DNA of 64,000 nt from Candidatus Staskawiczbacteria bacterium RIFOXYB1_FULL_38_37 (GCA_001822075.1 MHPK01000007.1:5975-69974); one strand, 5' to 3'. Shown: positions 52,275 to 61,158, counted from the first letter of the stretch. Program-made: numbers and translations. The notes: a model not told the origin generated them from the sequence alone.

Positions 52275-52303
52275 AAAAAAAGCCGCAAGGTTGTCCTTGG
52301 GCT
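52275..52303 (-). terminator. rho-independent terminator of ORF 52302-52583
   Basis: Minus strand reads agcccaaggacaaccttgcggct followed by ttttttt. Confidence 0.7.
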
Positions 52304-52583
52304 ATGGTTCGCCGTTCATTCTTTGCAGCAACTGACGTTGCAAATTAAGGCATTCTCTGGATAATCTTTTATATGTTTCTGTCTCTTCTATCAAGTCAAA
52401 ATCGGCATCTTCCATTGCGTCTAACTTTTCCGTAATGCCTCGAATCAGCAGAAAATCTGATTCAAAAATTTTGCCGCGCTCAGCTATTTTTTGAAGAATT
52501 TTCACCCTTGTGGATTTATTTCTCCTATTTAATACAAAATCAGACAATAGTTTTTCTTCAGTTGATACAGCGCACTCTGTCAT
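52302..52583 (-). CDS. hypothetical protein, 93 aa
   Basis: An aggagg RBS lies 6 nt upstream of the ATG. The product is helical and acidic/basic. No family recognised. Confidence 0.5.
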   Translation of the reverse strand: MTECAVSTEEKLLSDFVLNRRNKSTRVKILQKIAERGKIFESDFLLIRGITEKLDAMEDADFDLIEETETYKRLSRECLNLQRQLLQRMNGEP

Positions 52584-52653
52584 ATTACGCCTCCTATTTA
52601 TTTTCTTTCCTTTTGTGTTTTCAACGAGCGAATCGGATTACAAATCCGATAAA

Positions 52654-52725
52654 TGGAGCCAGAGGGATTTGAACCCACAACCTCCCCGCTTAGCGGGGCG
52701 CTCTCCCAGTGTGAGCTATGGCCCC
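52654..52725 (-). tRNA. tRNA-Ala-like gene with aberrant anticodon arm (5-bp stem plus 5-nt loop CUAAG)
   Basis: GGGGCCAUAGCUCACACUGGGAGAGCGCCCCGCUAAGCGGGGAGGUUGUGGGUUCAAAUCCCUCUGGCUCCA. It has G3:U70, A73 and an Ala-type D arm, but the anticodon arm is 15 nt instead of 17 and there is one U-U mismatch in the T stem. Confidence 0.6.
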
Positions 52726-52799
52726 AGTTATTAGCTTATAATATTTTTTTTGTTTTTTCAAGTATAAAAACATATGGGGTGTATTGTTAATGTGCAAAT

Positions 52800-52897
52800 G
52801 GTGTGAGAGGGGCTCCGCCAGAAAGAAGGAGTTTGTAAGCACGGGCGGGATTGGCCCAAACTCCATTTGCTCTCTTTTGAGAGCCCCTCTGCACACC
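52800..52897. other. 98-nt near-perfect long hairpin (candidate ncRNA or miniature element)
   Basis: ggtgtgagaggggctc (52800-52815) pairs with gagcccctctgcacacc (52881-52897) over 16 bp with one bulge. The inner stem is ggagtttg/caaactcc. Confidence 0.5.
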
Positions 52898-52927
52898 GCG
52901 ACGTGGATTATAGTGTAAGTGGATAAT

Positions 52928-53407
52928 TTAATTGATACTTATCATATCAACTTCAAAAATTAAAGTGGCATTTGGAGGAATAACTCCGCCCGCGCCCTGT
53001 TCTCCGTAAGCTAATTCTGGAGGTATTGTAAGCTTTCTTTTTTCACCAGGCTTCATGCCCAAAAGACCCTGTTCCCAACCCTGTATTACGCTGTTTTGGC
53101 CCAATGTAAAAGTAAACGGCTGGCCCCTGCCAATTGAGGAATCAAATTTTGTGCCGTCTTCTAATGTGCCCACATAATTTACAGTAAGCTTATCTCCTGC
53201 TTTTGCTCCTTCGCCTTCGCCCTCTTGCAAGGTTTCTATTTTCATTTCTTTAGTTTTATAATTATTGTCAGAAACTTGTTGGCTTTGGTCTATGCTTTGC
53301 GATAAAGATGACCCCGATGATCTGTAATTGCCTTGCCACAAGAACAATCCTGATACAATTATTACAGCTATTGTTAATATAAAAATTACTATAGAATTTT
53401 TATCCAT
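52928..53407 (-). CDS. FKBP-type peptidyl-prolyl cis-trans isomerase, membrane-anchored
   Basis: 159 aa with an N-terminal TM and the FKBP core VNYVGTLEDGTKFDSS...GQVIQGW...PPNATLIFEV. Confidence 0.92.
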   Translation of the reverse strand: MDKNSIVIFILTIAVIIVSGLFLWQGNYRSSGSSLSQSIDQSQQVSDNNYKTKEMKIETLQEGEGEGAKAGDKLTVNYVGTLEDGTKFDSSIGRGQPFTFTLGQNSVIQGWEQGLLGMKPGEKRKLTIPPELAYGEQGAGGVIPPNATLIFEVDMISIN

Positions 53408-53487
53408 TTAATCTTCTAAAATAAATATTAATAGATGTATTATACAACGTCTGTAAAAATATTGCAAAATTTTATTTATTTTGTTGT

Positions 53488-54060
53488 CTATTTTTCAAAC
53501 AGATTTTTATAGATAAATTTTTTAGTGGCGGGCCAGAAAAATGCAACAGGATGCGCGGGGGCAAGAATTATTTTCTTTTTTCCGTATTTTGGCCTTCCGT
53601 TCCAGCCCGGAAAAATCATCAAATCAAACGGAGTATAAACAGAATACATATCTATTTTTTCGCTTTGCGCAAATGTTTCCAATTCTTTTAATAATTGGCT
53701 GTTTGGCCGCAAATCAATTACGCCAGGCAGATTAAGCAGTTTAGCCAAACGGCTTCCCTTGTGCGGACTGCATAAAGTAAATAATTTTTTTATATTTTTG
53801 TTTTTATAAAATTTTAAATACGTCAGCGCAATAATTCCTCCCTGGCTGATTCCAATAATATTTATATTTTCTTCTTTTACATTTTCACTTATATATTCTG
53901 ACAGTTCTTTCGCTATTGTTTTAATCGGATGCAGCCCAACACTGCTGTCATAAATAAACTCATAGAAATTTTCAATTCCTTTTTGTTCTAAATATCTGAT
54001 TATCGGCTGATATTGTTTGTCGTTAGAGCCAAAGCCGTGAATAAATAAAATTGGGTCCAT
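53488..54060 (-). CDS. alpha/beta hydrolase (lipase/esterase-like)
   Basis: I moved the start to ATG 54060 (MDPILFIHGFGSN), just after the rlmN stop. Nucleophile elbow GISQGG. Confidence 0.7.
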   Translation of the reverse strand: MDPILFIHGFGSNDKQYQPIIRYLEQKGIENFYEFIYDSSVGLHPIKTIAKELSEYISENVKEENINIIGISQGGIIALTYLKFYKNKNIKKLFTLCSPHKGSRLAKLLNLPGVIDLRPNSQLLKELETFAQSEKIDMYSVYTPFDLMIFPGWNGRPKYGKKKIILAPAHPVAFFWPATKKFIYKNLFEK

Positions 54061-54067
54061 TGTGTTA

Positions 54068-55069
54068 TTATTTTTTACCTGCAAACTGCCCGCAGGCGGC
54101 TTTAATATCTTCGCCAAATCTAAATCTTTGTGAAAATATTATTTTTTTCTTGCTTAATATGTCTTTAAATTTTTTAACCCTGTCTGTTGTTGACGGCTGA
54201 AAATTATTATGGCCGGTTGGATTATATAATATAAGATTAACATAATATAACGGGTTTTTCATAATTTTGGCCAATTCTGTCGCATAGTAAATTGTATCAT
54301 TTATATCTTTTGTCAAAAGATATTCAAACATCACCTGCCTGTTTGTTTTTTTAATATAATTATTAACAGCTTCCATAACTTTTCCCAAAGGATATTTTTT
54401 ATTTATAGGCATTAATTCTGACCTTAACTCATTATTTGGAGCGTGTAAAGAAATTGCCAGATTAACCTGCAACCCTTCATTTGAAAATTTTTCAATCCCC
54501 TCTATAATGCCTGCTGTTGAAATTGAGATATTCCTCGCTCCTATATTAAATAATTCTTTATCGTTTAACATTCGCACGGTCTTCATAACATTATCATAAT
54601 TTAAAAACGGCTCGCCCATTCCCATAAATGTTACATTGGTAACTTTTTTTCCGCTTTTCTTTAAATAACGGCTGAAAAACAAAACTTGCTCTATAATTTC
54701 TGACGGCTCTAAATTTCTTTTAAAACCCATTTGACCGGTGGCGCAAAATGTACATTCTAAAGGACACCCAACCTGCGAAGATACGCACACAGTATTTCTA
54801 CCGTCTTTATGGCGCATTAAAACCGACTCAATTAAAAACCCGTCTTTTAAAGTAATTCTGGTCTTTATAGAATCTTTGCTTTTTGAAACAAGCGACTCTG
54901 CCTTAATTTCCAACGGGCATTCTTTGTTTAATTTTTCACGCAAGCTGACAGAAAAAAAAGTCGCCTTATCCCAATCAGAAATAAAGTTTTTGAATATTGC
55001 CTCTTTCGCCTGCTTTATCCTATATTTTGGCTCATTTTCCAGAGCTATTTTTAAATTATCTAAATCCAT
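54068..55069 (-). CDS. rlmN: 23S rRNA/tRNA (adenine-C2)-methyltransferase RlmN (radical SAM)
   Basis: 333 aa with CPLECTFCATG and GMGEPFLN. Confidence 0.92.
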   Translation of the reverse strand: MDLDNLKIALENEPKYRIKQAKEAIFKNFISDWDKATFFSVSLREKLNKECPLEIKAESLVSKSKDSIKTRITLKDGFLIESVLMRHKDGRNTVCVSSQVGCPLECTFCATGQMGFKRNLEPSEIIEQVLFFSRYLKKSGKKVTNVTFMGMGEPFLNYDNVMKTVRMLNDKELFNIGARNISISTAGIIEGIEKFSNEGLQVNLAISLHAPNNELRSELMPINKKYPLGKVMEAVNNYIKKTNRQVMFEYLLTKDINDTIYYATELAKIMKNPLYYVNLILYNPTGHNNFQPSTTDRVKKFKDILSKKKIIFSQRFRFGEDIKAACGQFAGKK

Positions 55070-55074
55070 AATTT

Positions 55075-58053
55075 TTATCTCTGAGCGTAATCGCAGATGT
55101 CTTTAAAGTCGCAGTACTGGCATTGCCAGCCCGGAGTTGCTTCAAACTCTGAATTTTTAATTTTTTCTGCTTCTTCAATTATTTTTTCTTTTTGTTTTTG
55201 CAAATCGCTTTCAGACCCCAAAAATGAAGCAAATTTCCCATCATCTAAATAATAGTAAGCAAGCTGTTTTGGTTTTAAATGCAAAACTTCCTGGGCGGCA
55301 ATCTGGTAAATTAAAAGCTGTTCTTTGGCTTCAAAATCCAGCTTGTCTTTTGACTGGCCTGTTTTGTAGTCAATAATAACCACTCCCCCGTTTTCTTCGT
55401 CAATTCTGTCTATTACGCCATACAAAGTATAGCCCCCGATCTTCAAGTTAAATGGCGTCTCCAAAGCCAGATTAGCTTGCCCTGAGCCTGTCGAAGGGTT
55501 AATTTTTAAAATTTTCGGCGGATTCTTTTCAAAATTTTTGTAAAAATCTTTTAATATATCTTTGCCTTTTTTAAAATAATCATCTTTTTGTTTTTGATTT
55601 TCATACCATTCATCAATCCAATTTTTTTCGTACAATTTTACCAACTCGTCAAAATCTTTATTTTTTTTAGCAGGTTTCTTTTTTGACTTCCCGCTGAACA
55701 AATCTGTTTGTCCTGCTTTTTTCTCTTCATTCATTAATTTCAAAAAATCATGCAAGGTATTATGCATTGTTTTTCCAAAAGAAAAAACTGCTTTGCCTCT
55801 TGTGGGTACTTTTAAAATAAAAGCAAATTTATATTGCAAGGGGCATTTTTCAAAAGCAGCTAATTGGGAATAAGAAAAGTGCTCTGGCAGATATTGCGCT
55901 TCAATTCTGGCTTTTAATCTATCTATCGGTTTTGGCTTTTCCGCCATTAATTCGTTTTGAAATTTGAAATTTGAAATTTGAGCTTCGTCTTTGTATCCCA
56001 TTTCAGATAAAAATCTAGATAATTTTTTCCTTCTTTGTCCTCCGTAATCTTCGGCTGATGTAAAATAAAGCTCTTTTTTGGCTCTTGTCATCGCCACATA
56101 ACAAAGGCGCCTTTCTTCTTGTAAATGCACATCTCCTTTTGGTTTTATATCTTTTATTAAAACGTCCGGTAATTCAATGGGGTCTTTTCTTTGGTCTGTT
56201 GGAAATCTGCGGTCAACCATATTTACCAAAAATACATATTTAAATTCCAAACCCTTAGCTCCATGGATTGTCATAACCTTTATCATATCAGGGCCTTTTT
56301 CAGGATCAAATTCCAGCTTTCCATCCTCTCCTGATTCTAGTTCCAGATTTAACTCTTGCATAAAATTTTTTAAAGAAGGTTCAATGGCAGATTCCTCAAA
56401 AGTTTTTACTTTTTTGTAAAACTGGTTCAATAAATCTATTTTTTCAATTTCATTGTTGTGTATCAAATGTTTTAAATATCCTGAATCTTCTAAAAAAGCT
56501 ACCAAAAGTTCAGAAACTCCTTTTTCTCTTGCCATCTGGCCATGTTTTTTAATTAAACTTAAAATAAATGCCACTTTTTCCTGCGTTTTAGCCGAAATTC
56601 CGGGAATTATTGCCAGTTCCTGCAGGGAATCAAAAAGCGATTTTGTTTTTTTATGGCTGAATTGCGTTATGTTGGCAATATCTGTATCTGAAATTTCCAA
56701 AACAGGCAAATTTAAAATTCTGTAAACTGCCGAGCCCTCGTGATAATTATCTAAAAGCTTGAAATAAGAAATTATGTCTAAAATTATTGGTTTTGAATAA
56801 AGCCCGCGGGAAGCTAAAAATTGATAAGGCAAATTTGCCCTTTCTAAAGCTTTAACAAACGGAATTGCCGAATCATTTGCCCTTACTAAAAGCGCAAAAT
56901 CATTGTAAGTTGCATCTTGGTCGCGCTTTAAAATTTCTAGAATCTTTTTTAAGGTCTGGCCAACTTCCCCATCTAAGTTTTTAGTATGAATATGTTCTAT
57001 AATCCCCTCTCCTGCTTTTGCATCAGCAATTAATTTTTTATCTATTTTATTTCTAAATTCCAGCCTGTCCGGGTCATTTTGTTTTATAAAATTGTATGAC
57101 TTATCTAAGATATTCTGGCTTGACCTGTAATTTTTAATTAAAGAAACCTGTTTTGTCCCGCCTTGCGGGATCCCGCTGTGGCGGGAGAAATCCTCCTGAA
57201 ATTTTACAATGTTTGAAAAAGAAGCTCCCCGCCATCTGTAAATTGCCTGGTCGTCGTCGGCGCAAACGCACAAATTATTATTTGGCTCTGCCAATAATTT
57301 TATCAACTCGTATTGCGACCAGTTTGTGTCTTGGAATTCGTCAACTAAAATATATTTAAACCTTTCTTGGTATTTTTTTAAAATTAACGGCCTTTTTTTA
57401 AAAAGTTTCAAACAATAATTTATCAGGTCGCCAAAATCTAAACAGCTGTTTTCAAGTAAAATTTGCTGATAAACATGATAAGTATTTGCGACCTCCATAA
57501 TTCTTTCTGTTTCTTGGTCTTCTGGGCCGTCATCTCTTGTTTTCAGGCTGTCTGCGTATTCTAAATAATTTTCCGGATAAACTTCTTGGTCTTTGCAATG
57601 TGAAAAATGAGAAATTAATGCCTGTATAAATTTTGTGGGATTTCCCAGAGCTTTATAATATTTTAAATCAAACCTATCTAAATTTTGCCTGGCCAAAAGC
57701 CAGCCTGCAGTTTGGTCTAAAATTTTAAAATCTGTGGGCAAACCAATGTCTAAAGCGTTTTCCCGTAAAACTCTTTCGCAAAAAGAATGAAAAGTTGAAA
57801 TCCACAAATCCACATATCCAAATTCCAAAAGCTTATCAACCCTTTCTTCCATTTCAAAAGCTGCTTTTTCAGTAAAAGTTACTGCCAAAATTTCTTCGGG
57901 CTTTGCCAGCTCTTTTTCAATTAAATTAACAATTCTTTGGGTAATTACGGTTGTTTTGCCTGTTCCGGCTCCCGCCACAATTAAAAGCGGTCCTTTTTCG
58001 TGCAAAACTGCCTCTTTTTGCTCTTTATTAAGTTTTTCCAAATCTATTGGCAT
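55075..58053 (-). CDS. UvrD/PcrA-type superfamily 1 helicase fused to a C-terminal PD-(D/E)XK (AddB/Cas4-like) nuclease
   Basis: 992 aa with AGAGTGKT, VDEFQDTN and NYRS. The C-terminus has GVIDRIDE...IDYKTG and the Cys cluster CQYCDFKDIC. Confidence 0.85.
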   Translation of the reverse strand: MPIDLEKLNKEQKEAVLHEKGPLLIVAGAGTGKTTVITQRIVNLIEKELAKPEEILAVTFTEKAAFEMEERVDKLLEFGYVDLWISTFHSFCERVLRENALDIGLPTDFKILDQTAGWLLARQNLDRFDLKYYKALGNPTKFIQALISHFSHCKDQEVYPENYLEYADSLKTRDDGPEDQETERIMEVANTYHVYQQILLENSCLDFGDLINYCLKLFKKRPLILKKYQERFKYILVDEFQDTNWSQYELIKLLAEPNNNLCVCADDDQAIYRWRGASFSNIVKFQEDFSRHSGIPQGGTKQVSLIKNYRSSQNILDKSYNFIKQNDPDRLEFRNKIDKKLIADAKAGEGIIEHIHTKNLDGEVGQTLKKILEILKRDQDATYNDFALLVRANDSAIPFVKALERANLPYQFLASRGLYSKPIILDIISYFKLLDNYHEGSAVYRILNLPVLEISDTDIANITQFSHKKTKSLFDSLQELAIIPGISAKTQEKVAFILSLIKKHGQMAREKGVSELLVAFLEDSGYLKHLIHNNEIEKIDLLNQFYKKVKTFEESAIEPSLKNFMQELNLELESGEDGKLEFDPEKGPDMIKVMTIHGAKGLEFKYVFLVNMVDRRFPTDQRKDPIELPDVLIKDIKPKGDVHLQEERRLCYVAMTRAKKELYFTSAEDYGGQRRKKLSRFLSEMGYKDEAQISNFKFQNELMAEKPKPIDRLKARIEAQYLPEHFSYSQLAAFEKCPLQYKFAFILKVPTRGKAVFSFGKTMHNTLHDFLKLMNEEKKAGQTDLFSGKSKKKPAKKNKDFDELVKLYEKNWIDEWYENQKQKDDYFKKGKDILKDFYKNFEKNPPKILKINPSTGSGQANLALETPFNLKIGGYTLYGVIDRIDEENGGVVIIDYKTGQSKDKLDFEAKEQLLIYQIAAQEVLHLKPKQLAYYYLDDGKFASFLGSESDLQKQKEKIIEEAEKIKNSEFEATPGWQCQYCDFKDICDYAQR
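55957..55982. repeat. in-frame heptamer array TTGAAAT x3 inside the helicase gene
   Basis: ttgaaat ttgaaat ttgaaat ttgag, encoding ISNFKFQN on the minus strand. Confidence 0.7.
57156..57186. repeat. 31-nt GC-rich nested palindrome inside the helicase gene
   Basis: tcccgcc ttgcggga tcccgctgt ggcggga, encoding SRHSGIPQGGT. Confidence 0.75.
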
Positions 58054-58134
58054 ATTGTATATTTTACGCTTTTATTACCTTTTTTTCAACACAAAAAACC
58101 GCCCGAAAAAGCGGCTTTGCCTTTGTTATATGTT

Positions 58135-59385
58135 TTATGCTCTTTGTTTTATGCGTTTTAACCAGTCGGCAAGTTTGTAAGCTGAACCTGAAAAATACAG
58201 CCAAATGCTGATTAAAATAATCAAAAGCGGAAGAAAAGCTGAATCTTCTAATAAATTATTCGTTAATCCTGTTGGTATGTTTGTAGCTCCCTGCACCTCT
58301 GTATTATTTACCACAATTATATTTGTTGCTGTTTGAGTTCCTCCTTCTTGGCTAGTTATATTGACTGTACTGGTTAAACTGCTCAGGCCATAAGCAAAAT
58401 TTGGGCTTGGAGCCACTTGCGCCTGATATGAAATTACCATTACCTGGCCCGCAGACAATGTTCCTACATTAATTCCAGAAGTAGGATTTCCGGCATAATT
58501 AAGGCTGGCATTTATTGTAAGATTATCTTTGTATAAAAGATTTGCGGGCAATGTATCCTGAACAAAAATATTATGAACGTCTTGGCTTGGAGCCTGCAAA
58601 GTTATAGCAAAACTTAGTACATCGCCGGGTTTTGCATTAACAGATGTCTGCCAGTTCAAGTTTCCCGTTGTTAAATTTATAGCTTTTTTACCTACAATTA
58701 AATATCCTGCCCCCGAACCAGACCCGGTGTAAAAAGTCATATCAGAGCCGTAAACAGTTGTATTATTGCTTTGAGCTGCTGCTCTAAAATGATACGTTGT
58801 GTTTGAAGAAAGCCCTGTAATATTTTGGCTAAATGAGCCCGAATTATACAATGATTGCTGATTTGTATTATTTCCATAGCTGGTGGTATTTCCCCACTGA
58901 AACCAAACATTTGCCGAAGCATTAAGATATGGAGCGCCAAAATATCCGTTTAAAGTTGCCGAATAATTTAAAACATTTGTTGCAGAATTTGTCTGCGCGT
59001 TTATGCCTCCAACTTGCTGATTATTATAATTTACATAAATTGTAACGCTGTCGGAATTTGAATTTCCGTAATTATTTGTGACAGTAAACGTGCAAGTATA
59101 AGTTCCCTGCCCCGAAACATAGGGGGGAGTATATGTTGGCTGGCTAATGCTTGAGTTTGAAAGTGTGCCTCCTACACAGCTCCAATTATAATTTATTGGA
59201 TTTCCCGAACTATCAGAGCCCGAACCCTGCAAAGTTACAGATTGCCCGGAATTAACATATTGATCAGCCCCGGCATTTGCCGTTATTTGGGAATTTATTA
59301 CAGCCAAAACTACTTGCCCAGGGACAAGAAAAATTATAGCGGTAAACAAAACTAGAAAACTTGTTTTTAAAATTGTGTTTTTCAT
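58135..59385 (-). CDS. surface protein: signal peptide, PKD-like, Fn3-like and DUF11-like domains, C-terminal TM
   Basis: 416 aa with ANAGADQYVNSGQSVTLQGSGS..YNW (PKD pattern), ATLNG...WFQWGNTTSYG...TTYHFRA and a terminal hydrophobic helix. Confidence 0.6.
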   Translation of the reverse strand: MKNTILKTSFLVLFTAIIFLVPGQVVLAVINSQITANAGADQYVNSGQSVTLQGSGSDSSGNPINYNWSCVGGTLSNSSISQPTYTPPYVSGQGTYTCTFTVTNNYGNSNSDSVTIYVNYNNQQVGGINAQTNSATNVLNYSATLNGYFGAPYLNASANVWFQWGNTTSYGNNTNQQSLYNSGSFSQNITGLSSNTTYHFRAAAQSNNTTVYGSDMTFYTGSGSGAGYLIVGKKAINLTTGNLNWQTSVNAKPGDVLSFAITLQAPSQDVHNIFVQDTLPANLLYKDNLTINASLNYAGNPTSGINVGTLSAGQVMVISYQAQVAPSPNFAYGLSSLTSTVNITSQEGGTQTATNIIVVNNTEVQGATNIPTGLTNNLLEDSAFLPLLIILISIWLYFSGSAYKLADWLKRIKQRA

Positions 59386-59469
59386 ATTTTTGGGCCGGCC
59401 TGGTTAAATGTGGCCCCGCTTTTAGCTTATTACTTTTGCTTCCTGTTTGTCAACTTATTTTTAACCAGA

Positions 59470-59502
59470 AAGCCGCCCCGACGTTTAACGTCGGGGCGGC
59501 TT
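59470..59502. terminator. 14-bp perfect hairpin aagccgccccgacg/cgtcggggcggctt
   Basis: Lies downstream of the EamA gene on the minus strand. No strong T-run. Confidence 0.5.
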
Positions 59503-59516
59503 TAAACTGCTGATAA

Positions 59517-60419
59517 TTATAGAATAAGTATCGCAAGCCCGCCAGATATTAAAATTATGGAAATTATTTTTTGGGTAATTGCTGTTTTTGATATTTTTTC
59601 TTTTAAAATTTTAGGCAAGAATACAGACAAAAACAAAGTCATCAAAAAAAGAAAAACATACTGTATTCCTCTTAACGAATTTATAATCGGCAGAAAAGCC
59701 ACGGGAGCTAAAAATATGGCAAAACTTTGAAGCATGTTGGCGCCTCCACCCGACATTTGAGTAAGGGCGAACAACAAGCCGGTTTTTTTGTCTGTAATTG
59801 TTTGTTTTGTAAAAATTGCTTTTCGGTTTTTGGCAGTTATTAAAAACAGAAGCGAAAACAAAAATATAAACATCCTCATCCAAATGAATCCCTGCCAGAA
59901 AGTCATGCTTGAAAATACAAATTTAGAAAAGACATAATCTAATGAAAACATCAAAGACGCCAGAATTGTTATTTTTAAATAATCTGCGGTTAGATTTATA
60001 TTTCTTTCAACAGAAATAATAATGCTTCCTAAAAGCAAAACAATAAAAGCTAAAATAATTTTCGTGGCCATTGTTTGAGGCCCCCAAAAAATCCATGTTA
60101 AAGCAAAAATAAATACAGGCTGAGTGGCGCCTATGGTTGTAATTACTTTTGAAACCTCAAATTTATTCACAGCCCGATACATTAAATAAAGGCCCAATAT
60201 ATTAACTGCAGCCTCTAAAATAATCCAGATAACAGCCTCCCTTGCAGGCCAGCCAAAATTTATAAAAGGTATTATTAAAGCCAGCAAAATACTGAAAAAT
60301 CCCACATAAAAAGTATAAACTACAGGGTCTGCCCTTCTATTCAAAACCAGCTTGTCGCCCAAAGAAGCCAAGCTAAAGAAAAAATACGCTAAAATTATTA
60401 CAAATAACCAGGCTATCAT
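59517..60419 (-). CDS. EamA/DMT-family transporter
   Basis: 300 aa with 10 predicted TM helices in two EamA-like halves. Confidence 0.75.
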   Translation of the reverse strand: MIAWLFVIILAYFFFSLASLGDKLVLNRRADPVVYTFYVGFFSILLALIIPFINFGWPAREAVIWIILEAAVNILGLYLMYRAVNKFEVSKVITTIGATQPVFIFALTWIFWGPQTMATKIILAFIVLLLGSIIISVERNINLTADYLKITILASLMFSLDYVFSKFVFSSMTFWQGFIWMRMFIFLFSLLFLITAKNRKAIFTKQTITDKKTGLLFALTQMSGGGANMLQSFAIFLAPVAFLPIINSLRGIQYVFLFLMTLFLSVFLPKILKEKISKTAITQKIISIILISGGLAILIL

Positions 60420-60450
60420 GTTTTGATTATATCAAAAAGCTGAATTTCTG

Positions 60451-61062
60451 CTATTTTACGAATAAATTACAGAAGCAATGGCCGTCTTTTTCAATTTCTT
60501 CTTTGTGAAATGCGCAGGGGCATATTTTTTTTGCATCTTCTTCCTCGTTCCCCGAAACCCTTCTGCACGGGCAATACTTTTTGCCATATTTTTTTTGGTT
60601 TTCAAAAAGTCCTCTCACAACTCTTTCAACTGTTTTTTCATCTGGGTTTAAGCGAAATCCGTTTGATTTTGCATAGTTATCATATCTTTCTATGGTGTCT
60701 TTAATATCTTGCTCTGATATTTCCTTTTTATCTTCACCTTTGTCTTTTGTTGAATTTGCTATCCAGTCCTTTATTGCGCTTTCAGAAGCCAGCCCCACAA
60801 ATCCCGAAATTGGCTTTCCTGATTTAAATAATATCACTGTCGGAATTTTTTCAACGCCATACTTGCCCGCTGTTTTTGGAATGTCATCAAGATTGGCTTT
60901 TAACAAAATAATTTTATCTTTTAAATCTTCTGCAACTTTTTCTAAAATTGGAGCCAGCATTGTACAGGGCTCGCACCATGTTGTAAAAAAATCAACAAGC
61001 GCCAGCTTGTCTGACTTCGAAATTTCCCTTTCAAAATTTTCATCTGTTATAAACGTGTTCAT
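60451..61062 (-). CDS. fusion protein: thioredoxin domain plus ferredoxin:thioredoxin-reductase catalytic-subunit-like domain
   Basis: 203 aa. The N-terminus has the Trx fold with WCEPC. The C-terminus has CPCR...CPC...HCFCNLF, spaced as in the FTR catalytic chain. Confidence 0.72.
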   Translation of the reverse strand: MNTFITDENFEREISKSDKLALVDFFTTWCEPCTMLAPILEKVAEDLKDKIILLKANLDDIPKTAGKYGVEKIPTVILFKSGKPISGFVGLASESAIKDWIANSTKDKGEDKKEISEQDIKDTIERYDNYAKSNGFRLNPDEKTVERVVRGLFENQKKYGKKYCPCRRVSGNEEEDAKKICPCAFHKEEIEKDGHCFCNLFVK

Positions 61063-61158
61063 ACATTTAATATAACAAAAAAATTGTTTTTTGCCAATAT
61101 GTGCGCAGTGTATTGAAAAAAACTAAAAAAAGTGGTAATATTTAAAAAGTAGAAACAA

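Noticed and set aside
52690-52896. 68-aa ORF (MCRGALKREQMEF...)
   Set aside because: It runs through the long hairpin and into the tRNA-like gene, so it is an artefact of the GC-rich noncoding sequence.
52800-52897. Small SRP (4.5S) RNA, prompted by a hairpin of about 100 nt
   Set aside because: The apex lacks a GNRA tetraloop and the conserved GGUCC...GGAAGCAGCC helix-8 motifs.
54061-54117. Upstream extension of the alpha/beta hydrolase overlapping rlmN by 50 nt
   Set aside because: The internal ATG at 54060 starts right after the rlmN stop and gives the expected short N-terminus before the HG oxyanion motif.
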